Shown here: positions 24,163 through 33,605 of the stretch, one piece after another | How positions within the stretch are numbered: the stretch's first letter is position 1 | Layout of the letters: the number at the start of each line of letters is the position of its first letter | DNA from: Albugo candida | Lineage: Eukaryota | Direction: 5' to 3' | Assembly: GCA_040437565.1 (NCBI GenBank) | Contig: JBDOQK010000090.1 | Location: 1-52,582, forward strand | Length of the DNA stretch: 52,582 nucleotides | The notes under the pieces: model-generated | Database searches by the model: none | Seen by the model: the letters and a program-made list of their open reading frames with translations, nothing else | What the model was told of the DNA's origin: nothing | Made by a program: the position numbers and the translations under genes

Positions 24163-26014
24163 TCAACTGGTGGAGGTAGAGAAAGCTAGAAGCTGTTTTA
24201 AACACATCAATCGAGCGGGAAACAAAACAATATGTTTTAAACATGCTTCCAGAAAGTTCGACCATGTCGTTTCAAGAGTAAAGTACCGTGGCACATAAAC
24301 GTACAACTCTTTATTATAAACCTGAAAAGATTTTTCTAAACGTAGTGAATCTACCGCTTCAAGCGAACTTACCTGATGGTACTTATCTGACGAGAACTTT
24401 TCGCTCACGGCTTTGGCATTCTCGCGATGTGCTCGAAGAACGGCGTTTTCTTCGCGATGGAGTAGATGCAATGTGTGAACGCACTCTTTGATGTCGAACG
24501 CGCTGTATTCCGATATGTGATGTAAATTTGGCGTCCAACCGAATTGCTCATTTGTCGTCACACGCGCTAAATAAATAGCGGCGGAAGCAATTTTTGAAGG
24601 TTTGAATTGTAACATCGAGTAAAATAATACCGCAAAATCACATAAATACTACAATAGCCATACAATTAGAAACATTCACAATAGTAGGCAATATGTAGGC
24701 ACGTACAAAAGCGAGTGATTCTTGCAATGGTTTCTCACATCCAACACACACCAATCGATTCAGAAAATGAGAACATGTTGTGGATGCAACGCGAAACTCT
24801 AATGCTCTCAGAATACGTAGCTCCATTTCCAGCATCTAACACGTAAAGAGTTGTCAATTAAGAATATAAAATGATACAGTCAGCGGACTTGGCCCACCTG
24901 ATCGCTCGTATACGTCTGATCAGAGATGTACACAAACTCATCGACATTCGGTCCATACACTTCCTCAAATTTGGCTGCAATCATCATACAGGCGCATCCC
25001 AATAGCTGAAATTCCTTTCGATTGATCTTAAATTGCATAAGACATCGATCCACAAGATGAACCTACCAGATTTGATATTATTGTCCATATGATAAAAGCA
25101 GTGATGAATCAATATCAAACCGCTTTCTGGAATGTTTGTGACTGCAACTCATATTCTTCACAAACTTCCACAAGCCAATCGATGAGTATGGTACGCATTT
25201 TCTCATTGATATCCATTTGCACGGTCCCAATATAATAAGGCTGTACCAAATACTTTTCTTCATGCTTCCGGTAGAAAGCATCCATATCGTGCACGACTTT
25301 AGTGCAATGCTGAGGTAAATTTGCGTACAGCGCATCTACATCGCGTATATTTGCTTCATAATATTTTTGATCAAAGCCCGAGTCTACACAGTCCAAAGCA
25401 TCAGCAAATCAAAGTAGCAGCTGCATATGAATACCTTTATGATTGTATCGAAATAGTCGCGGTCGAGGAATGTAACGAGGAATCACTTGAGGTTGTTGCA
25501 AGTTACGTTTTTGATAAGATTTCAGCTATAACACGTTGTTACGTGACATAACACGATATTGTGACTTGATACGTACTGTAATGTTACTACCCAGTGCTCG
25601 GGTCTGGAATTGTAATAAACTGGTCTGCTTTCGATTTGTCTCTGTGTCCTGATGTCGTTGTCGCTTGGAAGTTGTATCAGACCTTCGGATGGCTCCTGTG
25701 GCTGTTATTCCGGCTCCAAATGTCGAGCGCGTTCGAGTCGATGTACCGAATAATTGACCGGTAAGTTCAGTATTGTAATTGTAAATACTTTTGTGTGTGT
25801 TGGTCGAATTTAATGATGGAGAATTGGATTGAAAGTCGTATTTACCAGCGACTTTATTACTGATATCATGCAATGCTTCTCGCTTTCGTTTTCGTGGACC
25901 AGTGTCTTTCTTTGCAGGGACATTTTGGTCCGTCGTGGATGAAATCGCAATTCCATTCTCATAGTAAAGCCGCCCTTTGGTCTTTAGATGTGTGGATTGG
26001 CGGCGAGTTTGCAT
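24163..26014 (-). CDS. A-type cyclin, multi-exon (about 6-7 exons; 3' end approximate)
   Basis: D-box REALHDISN, cyclin box MRTILIDWLVEVCEEY, FQLLGCACMMIAAKFEEVYGP, MELRILRALEF, FKPSKIASAAIYLAR. Short GT-AG introns separate the ORF pieces. Confidence 0.9.
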
Positions 26015-26292
26015 CAAATTTGAGATAAGAACGGGCACGAATCGCTTGTATCAAAAGCGGCAAAATTCCATTCAATGCCTTTTTTATATTTTGATTAGCG
26101 TTTTCGCGGCAAGGAGGGATGATGGCACAGGTCTGATATTTATGCTGTTTCAGTTAGGGTGGGTTAAATATTGGCTGTATCCTTTGGCGCGCTTTGATGT
26201 TATAAGTACGGAAGTGAGTTCTTACGTTCGTACGTACTTAAATGGTCTGCTCGTTGCTTCGACAGTACCGTCTCTATTAGGTGCCTTTGTAA

Positions 26293-27579
26293 CTACGCCA
26301 AAAAATCCGAGCTCCACGATCCGCTACCACTTTCGGCCAACAATTCCGATCTCTCTTTGTTCGATGTCTCTGATTGTGAAGAGTCCTTTGAGATGCCAGG
26401 ATCAGACGTATCAGAATCAGAACCGCGCAAATCGTTCCGACTCGATTCAGTCCAAAATGATTCTGCAAAAAACTGCGTGCTGTCATTGCTCTCAGAACCG
26501 CTCGGAATGTTGGCTGGATCTTCATTTAGTAAAGTGTCAAACGTGACTTCGCTTTCTTCGGTGACATAAGACGTATCACCGGAATCGCTCCAAACATCCA
26601 AAAGATACAATGAATCGTCAATGTTACTCGTGGAAGCAGCATTAGCTCTTTCTGTATCAATGAGCCGTGAGCTTGGCATACTTTCCTCAGAATCCATCCA
26701 TCCACTTCCTGCAGACTCTTCAGGCAGCATTTCACTCGCTTCCATTTCACTCCACCCCGGATCTGGCAACATCTCAGGCGAATCAGATTTATTGCTTTCA
26801 TCTGACGATCGTAATTCATTTCCATCTGATGACTCCATTTCATTCCCGCCTGATGATAGCACTCCACTTTTGCCTGAGACCAGCAATTCGATTGCATCTG
26901 ATAAATCCACTTCACTACCATCTGATAATTCCACTTCACTTCCATCTGACAGTGCCACTTTGCTTCCATCTAATAAATCCAGTTTGCTTCCATCTGATAA
27001 TTCCATTCCACTTCCATCTGACAATCGCTCTTCACTTCCATTTTGATTCCGCAGAGTACCTTTATAATGGACACTTCCAGCTGTATAAGAGGTCGTGTCT
27101 TTCCCGCAGACACCCAATGATGCAGGTCTACTTTCTCGTGTGAACCATTTTGGCGTCTCATATTTGGTATTTTGTGAAGCAGAGGTCTTCCACATTGCAT
27201 CGGAAATATAATCTTTACCTTCAAAACTCCACATTTGATCACAAGCACGAGAAAATGGATATCGCATTGATTTTCTATCAGAAAGAAATCGACAAATCCA
27301 ATTGCCATCGAGGACGACGCATTTCGCATCTTCTGGAGCTAGACACGCTTGATGGCTCCGATTCCAGCTACTTAGGCCCGAATGGCATCCTCCAATTGCC
27401 ACATCACCTTTTCTAGGGCATGAGGTCGATACAGGGAGTGCTCCATATCCAGTGCATCCGCTCAGATCGTCTTCAAGAGCGTAAACCGCATCCGAATAAA
27501 CAAGAACATTTACGGCGGAGATAATGGGAATATTACAAAAGTAGTACACTTGCACTGCCCAAATGATCGATCGTAACAT
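26293..27579 (-). CDS. Secreted mucin-like / Car (cyst-germination acidic repeat)-family protein, ~428 aa
   Basis: ATG 27579 MLRSIIWAV... is signal-like. Cys-rich domain DAVY..CTGYG..CPRKGDVA..CH...CLAPEDAKC...WIC resembles the oomycete Car/mucin N-terminal domain. Ser/Asp/Glu-rich tail with octapeptide repeats. Confidence 0.8.
   Translation of the reverse strand: MLRSIIWAVQVYYFCNIPIISAVNVLVYSDAVYALEDDLSGCTGYGALPVSTSCPRKGDVAIGGCHSGLSSWNRSHQACLAPEDAKCVVLDGNWICRFLSDRKSMRYPFSRACDQMWSFEGKDYISDAMWKTSASQNTKYETPKWFTRESRPASLGVCGKDTTSYTAGSVHYKGTLRNQNGSEERLSDGSGMELSDGSKLDLLDGSKVALSDGSEVELSDGSEVDLSDAIELLVSGKSGVLSSGGNEMESSDGNELRSSDESNKSDSPEMLPDPGWSEMEASEMLPEESAGSGWMDSEESMPSSRLIDTERANAASTSNIDDSLYLLDVWSDSGDTSYVTEESEVTFDTLLNEDPANIPSGSESNDSTQFFAESFWTESSRNDLRGSDSDTSDPGISKDSSQSETSNKERSELLAESGSGSWSSDFLA
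26798..27042 (-). repeat. 24-bp coding tandem repeat (~10 degenerate units; octapeptide LSDGSxVE)
   Basis: CCATCTGA recurs every 24 bp; protein reads RLSDGSGMELSDGSKLDLLDGSKVALSDGSEVELSDGSEVDLSD. Confidence 0.9.
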
Positions 27580-27754
27580 GGTCAACCTGTGGAAACTTAT
27601 TTGATGAGTTGCATGTGCGATTACATGACTTGAGGTACTGTAATATGTGGTGGACAAAATGAAAATTTTAATTTGTATCGTGTAACGTCTAACGTGTAAC
27701 GTGACGAAACGTATTCTAATTACTACGGTTAAAACTCGGATATAATAACTATAC

Positions 27755-28489
27755 TCATTCGCTTCCTGTTTTTTCAGCGAGTGATACGTCACAATCTACT
27801 TGCTCGTCGACATAACCCTCACAGTCTAGTTCTGTGTATGCTTTGTCAACACTCCCCTTATTTACGGATATTACTATGCTGTCATATGTTGTGCCACTCG
27901 AATGGATAACACTATTTGACAAACTAGTAGACATATCGTCTATAGTGGAATCAAAACAAGCTTCTTGAGCCGGAGGTTTGCTCTCCACCACATTAAATTT
28001 CTTTGTTGATTTCGGAAGCTCAGCTGGTGATCCGCACAAATGTCCTAAATTAGAAAGCGGTGTATCTTGCTGAAACCAGGCTTCATCGTACCGTTGATCA
28101 TTGTGATCATCATTCAGAAATTCCAATACTTGATTGTTGTCTTGATACGGCCAGGAAAAACAGTTTTCCTTTGATTCAGGATGATGTATCTTCCTTTCAC
28201 ATTTTATAGACGGAAGCACACAGCCCCAGGTGTCGTTACGTACCAATTTGCAAACCGCGTTTTCACGTGCACTGCAATAACCATTCCGAACATAACTGGA
28301 CATTGACGGTAGGCAGTGTTGCACCGCTCGATCACCTTGTCGAGGACACTGCGACCCGAATGGGACCGAACCGGTACCAACGCATACAGCGCCACGTGAC
28401 AAAGGGACATCGTAAGTTGCATCGTGACAGACGCTTACGTGTGTCGCGTTGACATAACTTGCAATTAGTGCGCTCAGCGGAATTTTCAT
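27755..28489 (-). CDS. Secreted mucin-like / Car-family protein, 244 aa (paralog of the neighbour, no repeat tract)
   Basis: Signal-like MKIPLSALIASYVNA, then VSVCHDATY..GAVCVGTG..GSQCPRQGD..CLP..CSARENAVC..TWGCVLP. Confidence 0.85.
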   Translation of the reverse strand: MKIPLSALIASYVNATHVSVCHDATYDVPLSRGAVCVGTGSVPFGSQCPRQGDRAVQHCLPSMSSYVRNGYCSARENAVCKLVRNDTWGCVLPSIKCERKIHHPESKENCFSWPYQDNNQVLEFLNDDHNDQRYDEAWFQQDTPLSNLGHLCGSPAELPKSTKKFNVVESKPPAQEACFDSTIDDMSTSLSNSVIHSSGTTYDSIVISVNKGSVDKAYTELDCEGYVDEQVDCDVSLAEKTGSE

Positions 28490-29607
28490 AGTATATGAAT
28501 TAATAGTGAAAGTGCGTGCGTACGTAATGTATAGTTGAAATTTTTATAATTAGAGTGAGAAGACGGTTTTGCTTCCTTTTTGGGAGTGCATCCAAAGTAT
28601 GATTCATGTAGAGGTTATGAAATATACAAGTTGTGCGTCGACGAGCATTCACCTCTTATTATATTGGGGAAGTAATTAGTTTTGCATGACTTTAGGTCGA
28701 GTTGTGTGTTTTCCGATCTGTTTGGCCATTCTCATCTATATTGTAGCATACTAAGTAAAGATGGTATCTTTGTTGATATGATGACTGCCAATTTGCAAAC
28801 TGATTCCAAATGCACTGACTATACATCGCTGTCGACTACTTTGACAGTTGGCTTGACATCTCGTGATGTGCAGAGTCCAGAATTCGAGTCATTACAGTAG
28901 GTTTCTAGCACATCGTAATTTGTCATTTCGTCTTGTGTTTAGGTGAAGAATTAATAAGTTTCCGCAGGTATCATCACGCGATTGGTATGTACCCCAATCG
29001 ACCTAATAATCGGATGGAACGAGTAAGTTAACGTGATCCGAGCTTCGCTGTTGTGTTATATAACGTGTGTTTGTTTCAATTCTGTATACCATCAAAAATT
29101 TCGGACGAATGTGTACTACAAGCGCGATATCTGAGCACACGGCGTATTAACAAATTCAAATGTGTATAGTAAGTGTACAACAATTTCGAATCGACAGATG
29201 GATGATCCTTATATCAGAGCATATAGAAGAACAGCACGTTTGGCTTTGAAATCCAGCTGCAATGGACGCTTCCATGTCCAGCTCATCGTCCATGTAAATA
29301 TGTCACGCCTCATCCAACTATCCCCTGCAACGTATACTTTCTAGTCAATCTATACACCGATTATCACTTAACCACATCGTCTAACCGTCCTATCAACAAC
29401 GTATACTTTCTCCCATGCGACCCTCAACTCCGACACACAACCGTCCATCCTCAAACTCAAAAACGTCGTTGCACAACCACGCGACCGTTTCATTCCCTTT
29501 ATCTTTTTATTCCACCAATCAAATCACATCAATTAATTGCAATTAATTTCCAATTAATTTCTCAACGAAAACGCACACGAAACGCCAATTCCATTCACTC
29601 GATCGCA

Positions 29608-30351
29608 TCACATTCCTCCATTCACATAAAGCTCCTGTCCTGTGATCAATTTCGATTCTCTCTTTGCAAAAAATAACGCGACATCAGCAATTTCTTCAGG
29701 AAGACCCACACGACCCAATGCGATACTTTGTTGAAACATTTTACGATGCTCTTCCGACGCCATGCGATCTGCAAGCATATCCGTGTCAATTGGACCTGGT
29801 GAGATCGCATTCACAGTAATATTTCTACTTCCAAGTTCCATTGCCAAATGCTTTGCTAATTGTGTCACCGCTCCTTTCGAAGCGCCATACACACTTTCCA
29901 AAGATGACATCAGTTTTGTTGCAGTCGAAGAGATTAAAATGATACGTCCATCGCTATTGGAAGCAATTCGCTTTCCTGCTTCACGGGCGGTGTAAAAGGC
30001 GCCGTACACATTCGTTTTGAAAATATGATCAAATTCTTCATCAGAGGTTTCCAGCAACGGCTTTCGAAGTAAAACGCCCGCAGATGCGACAACGATATCA
30101 ATTTTACCAAAATGCTCTTCGACACGATCGAATACCGCGGAAATGGATTTCGAGTCACTGACATTTGCTTGACAACATATCGCTTTCCCTCCATTTCGCT
30201 CAATTTCACTGACAACATTTTCCGCTGCTTTTTCAGAAGAATTGTAATGAACCGCTACCGATGCGCCTTCCGATGCGAAGCGCAATGCGATCGCTTTTCC
30301 AATTCCTCGCGATCCGCCAGTGATCACAGCCACTTTTCCTTCAAGCGCCAT
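29608..30351 (-). CDS. Classical short-chain dehydrogenase/reductase (FabG/THN-reductase-like), 247 aa, intronless
   Basis: TGGSRGIG cofactor motif, catalytic S and YGASK, VNAISPGPIDT, ITGQELYVNGG. Confidence 0.95.
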   Translation of the reverse strand: MALEGKVAVITGGSRGIGKAIALRFASEGASVAVHYNSSEKAAENVVSEIERNGGKAICCQANVSDSKSISAVFDRVEEHFGKIDIVVASAGVLLRKPLLETSDEEFDHIFKTNVYGAFYTAREAGKRIASNSDGRIILISSTATKLMSSLESVYGASKGAVTQLAKHLAMELGSRNITVNAISPGPIDTDMLADRMASEEHRKMFQQSIALGRVGLPEEIADVALFFAKRESKLITGQELYVNGGM

Positions 30352-30526
30352 CGAAATAGAAACTGAAAGTAAATAAAATTAAAACAATTAATTTTCGCAT
30401 ATGAGAAAAAATGTTTGCGACACGAAAGCATTGTAACGAAATGAGAACACTGCGTCGCTATTACTTCTTAGGAACGGAGTTGAATGCAATATCAAAATTC
30501 AAACTTTCGACTCTAAAGCTCGAAAC

Positions 30527-32134
30527 TCAACGCTCAAAGCTTTGGAATGCGTGTGCGAGATCGCGAATCAAATCTTTAGGATCTTCGACGCCAATAGACA
30601 ATCGGATTAAATCTTCAGGGAACGCTCGCGCTTTACGCACTTGTTCGGGAATACTCGCATGTGACATCGCGCCGGGTAATGAGATCAATGAATTGACACT
30701 TCCAAAGCTGACAGTGATTTTGAACAATTTCGTGACACTGACAATATGTTGTGAGAATGCCAATGAATTCGTTTGAAAACATATCACTGAACCGCATCCA
30801 CGCGCTTGTGACATATGAATTTGTCGATCGATTGCATCTTTCGGCAAAAGATTTGTGTAATAGACTTTTGTCACTTGCGGATGATCGAATAGGAAATCTG
30901 CGATTTGCATTGCATTTTCTTGTGCTTTCAATACGCGTAGACTCATTGTTTTAATTCCACGAAGAATAAGCCAACAGTCAAAAGGCGAGAGTCCCGTTCC
31001 TTCGGCGTTTTGGTAGAAATATATCTCACGTGCAATTTCGGGTGTTTTTGTAATAACAATTCCCGACATTGTGTCACTATGTCCGCAAATGAATTTCGTC
31101 GCTGAATGAACGACAATATCGGCACCTAACGGAATGGGATTTTGGAGAATTGGGCTCATCATAGTGTTATCGATTGAGAGTAAGGCTCCGAATTGGTGTG
31201 TGACGTTTGCCAATTGTTCGATATCACATACTCTTTGCATCGGATTCGTTGGCGATTCCATCATAACGAGTTTTGTGGTGTTCGAAATGGCAGAAGCGAG
31301 TCGTTTGGGTCCATTCTCACCCGACAAGTCGACGTATTGGACGCGGATTCCATTTTTACTGACGACTTGACTCAGTAACCGGTATGTACCGCCGTACGAA
31401 TCGTCCGATAAAATGATTTCATCGCCTGAATTGGCCAAACGAGAGACAGCAGAGAGTGCAGCCATTCCGCTTGTGAATGCAAACGAACGACAGCCACCTT
31501 CCAATTCCGCCATTTGACGCTCTAAAGCCGCGCGTGTTGGATTTCCTGATCTTGTGTAGTCGTAGACCGAAAATGTTGTGGCAGAAGGTTGCGCGAAGGT
31601 GGAGGTTTGATAAATTGGCATCGTAACAGCACCGTGCGGGTCGTCCGAACAAGGATCGAAATGTACCAATTTCGTATCGATTGTCAGTTCGGTATTATCG
31701 GTTTTATCGGTATGATCCGAATCAGAAACATTGCTCAGATTCAGATCGGCTAAATAGCCATTCAGATCCGATCGGATGCCACGTGGAATTTCTGATTCTT
31801 TGAGTAATTCATGTCGCGGTACGAATATTTTTTCCATCTCTTCCGAGTCGCCAGAGACGATCTGAGTCACATAACTGCGTTCCAACATCGATTCTAATCG
31901 TGAGGCAAGCACATTTGCGTTCTCGGAAGCGTCCTTTTGATTTGAATGGGTATTTTGGTGAGAATCAGGACGCTTCACCACACGAGCGCGCTCATCACGC
32001 AGGATCTTTTCAGCCTGAAAGAATTCACGGGTGCGTAGATAGTCACATACGAGATCGAATACTTCCGTCTCTCCCACATTCTGTCGAGAAACGTCGCCAG
32101 AAGAAGCGCTCGGATGTAACGCGTCTGAAGACAT
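30527..32134 (-). CDS. metC: Cystathionine beta-lyase (Cys/Met metabolism PLP enzyme) with ~150-aa N-terminal extension containing a LisH-like motif
   Basis: PIYQTSTF, YDYTRSGNPTR, ESPTNP, DNT, PLP lysine in HSATKFICGHSD, ITVSFGSVNSLI..P..MSHASIP (plant-type CBL pattern). Likely start ATG 32134. Confidence 0.9.
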   Translation of the reverse strand: MSSDALHPSASSGDVSRQNVGETEVFDLVCDYLRTREFFQAEKILRDERARVVKRPDSHQNTHSNQKDASENANVLASRLESMLERSYVTQIVSGDSEEMEKIFVPRHELLKESEIPRGIRSDLNGYLADLNLSNVSDSDHTDKTDNTELTIDTKLVHFDPCSDDPHGAVTMPIYQTSTFAQPSATTFSVYDYTRSGNPTRAALERQMAELEGGCRSFAFTSGMAALSAVSRLANSGDEIILSDDSYGGTYRLLSQVVSKNGIRVQYVDLSGENGPKRLASAISNTTKLVMMESPTNPMQRVCDIEQLANVTHQFGALLSIDNTMMSPILQNPIPLGADIVVHSATKFICGHSDTMSGIVITKTPEIAREIYFYQNAEGTGLSPFDCWLILRGIKTMSLRVLKAQENAMQIADFLFDHPQVTKVYYTNLLPKDAIDRQIHMSQARGCGSVICFQTNSLAFSQHIVSVTKLFKITVSFGSVNSLISLPGAMSHASIPEQVRKARAFPEDLIRLSIGVEDPKDLIRDLAHAFQSFER

Positions 32135-32417
32135 TTTCGAATCGCTTTTTGTCACTGAGAATTGTATACTGATCAGAATCAGATGTAGTATACATAACTC
32201 GTGTATAAGATAGGAGTGACTAAACAGATGCAACATCACTTTCATAACTGAAAGTCATCAGTTAAATGGAAAAAAAGGCCAGTTTTGAATTGTCACACTG
32301 TCCACTTTTGTGAATAATTAATTTTGATATCCGCCTATTCACAGGCTGGTAACGAACAGTCGTACCACCTTAATAAAAGCGCACTTTTTTTTGCTTCCAT
32401 TGCATTGACGACTGAAA

Positions 32418-33461
32418 ATGTGTCAAGAACGCAAGCCCGAGAAGCTGACACGCCACGCGACGTTGAGTGCTGTTCAACTGAACACATCCATCACACCAAA
32501 AGAAGATTTCTATTGGGTCGGGACGGATGAGCCACATGCAACCCGTCGAAAATTAATACTCGCAAAGTATCCGGAAATAAAAAAACTCTTTGGTCACTGT
32601 CCAATGACTAAATACGTTGCAGCGAGTATTGTAATTCTTCAAACATTGATATCCTCTCAAGCACGTTGGATGTCGTGGCCAGTTTTTCTCGTCCTATCTT
32701 ATATCATTGGTGGTACGTGTCATCATATATTGGTACTTGCAATGCACGAATTGGCACACAATTTGGGATTCAAAAAGATGGTTCATAACCGCGTATACTC
32801 ATTGTTTGTGACCGGTCCTCTCGTATTCCCTGCAGCAATTTCATTCAAAGGATATCATTTGGAACATCATCGATATCAAGGTGAAGACGGTGTCGATGCA
32901 GATGTACCGACGGAATGGGAAGGTCGAGTTTTCAACACCAGCTTCAGAAAACTCATTTTTCTTACTGTGCAAGTTATATTTTACACATTGCGTCCTTGTA
33001 TTGTGATCCCTAGAGCATTGGGACGTTGGCATGTGTATAATATACTATCATCCGTCGTATATGACGCTAGTGTATACGCATTGGGTGGATTTCCTGCAAT
33101 TTCTTATCTTCTGATGAGTACATTTTGGAGTGGTGGATTGCATCCATTGGCGGCACATTTCATATCTGAGCATTACGTATTCGCAGAAGGTCATGAGACG
33201 TACTCGTATTATGGTATTTTGAACAAGATATCCTTCAATGTCGGCTACCACAACGAGCATCATGATTTTCCATTCATCCCGGGCTCTCGTCTTCCTCAAG
33301 TGAGGCAAATTGCGTCAGAGTTTTACGACTGTCTCCCGCATCATACATCTTGGTTACGTGTTATGTACGAATTCATCACGAATCCATCGATTGGACCGTT
33401 CAGTCGAGTAAAACGAACGCGATTGGATGTTAATGAAAAGGCCAAGCTTCATTTTCAATAA
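32418..33461 (+). CDS. DES1: Sphingolipid delta-4 desaturase (DES1/DEGS family), 347 aa
   Basis: N-terminal DFYW..TDEPHATRRKLILAKYPEIKKL; His boxes HELAH, HLEHH, HNEHH; ETYSYYG. Confidence 0.97.
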   Translation: MCQERKPEKLTRHATLSAVQLNTSITPKEDFYWVGTDEPHATRRKLILAKYPEIKKLFGHCPMTKYVAASIVILQTLISSQARWMSWPVFLVLSYIIGGTCHHILVLAMHELAHNLGFKKMVHNRVYSLFVTGPLVFPAAISFKGYHLEHHRYQGEDGVDADVPTEWEGRVFNTSFRKLIFLTVQVIFYTLRPCIVIPRALGRWHVYNILSSVVYDASVYALGGFPAISYLLMSTFWSGGLHPLAAHFISEHYVFAEGHETYSYYGILNKISFNVGYHNEHHDFPFIPGSRLPQVRQIASEFYDCLPHHTSWLRVMYEFITNPSIGPFSRVKRTRLDVNEKAKLHFQ

Positions 33462-33605
33462 GTCGAGTGCGTGGAGTCTGCCTAGTTCAGTACTCTAGTG
33501 CCTCATTTTTAGTGCAGGTCAACCTGCTTTTATGTGCATCGTGTAGGTAGGGCTCACTGTATCCGTTCACAATTATATTCTTTTGCTTTAGCTTCCAGTT
33601 TCAAT

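Noticed and set aside
26798-27042. CRISPR-like periodicity
   Set aside because: In-frame coding minisatellite in a eukaryotic gene, with no repeat-spacer structure and no cas genes.
27580-27792. N-terminal extension overlapping the upstream Car gene
   Set aside because: The signal peptide starts at ATG 27579; the extension is intergenic read-through of the ORF caller.
32135-32245. Hydrophobic signal-like extension on cystathionine beta-lyase
   Set aside because: Probably 5' UTR in an AT-rich divergent promoter; cannot be excluded without transcript data.
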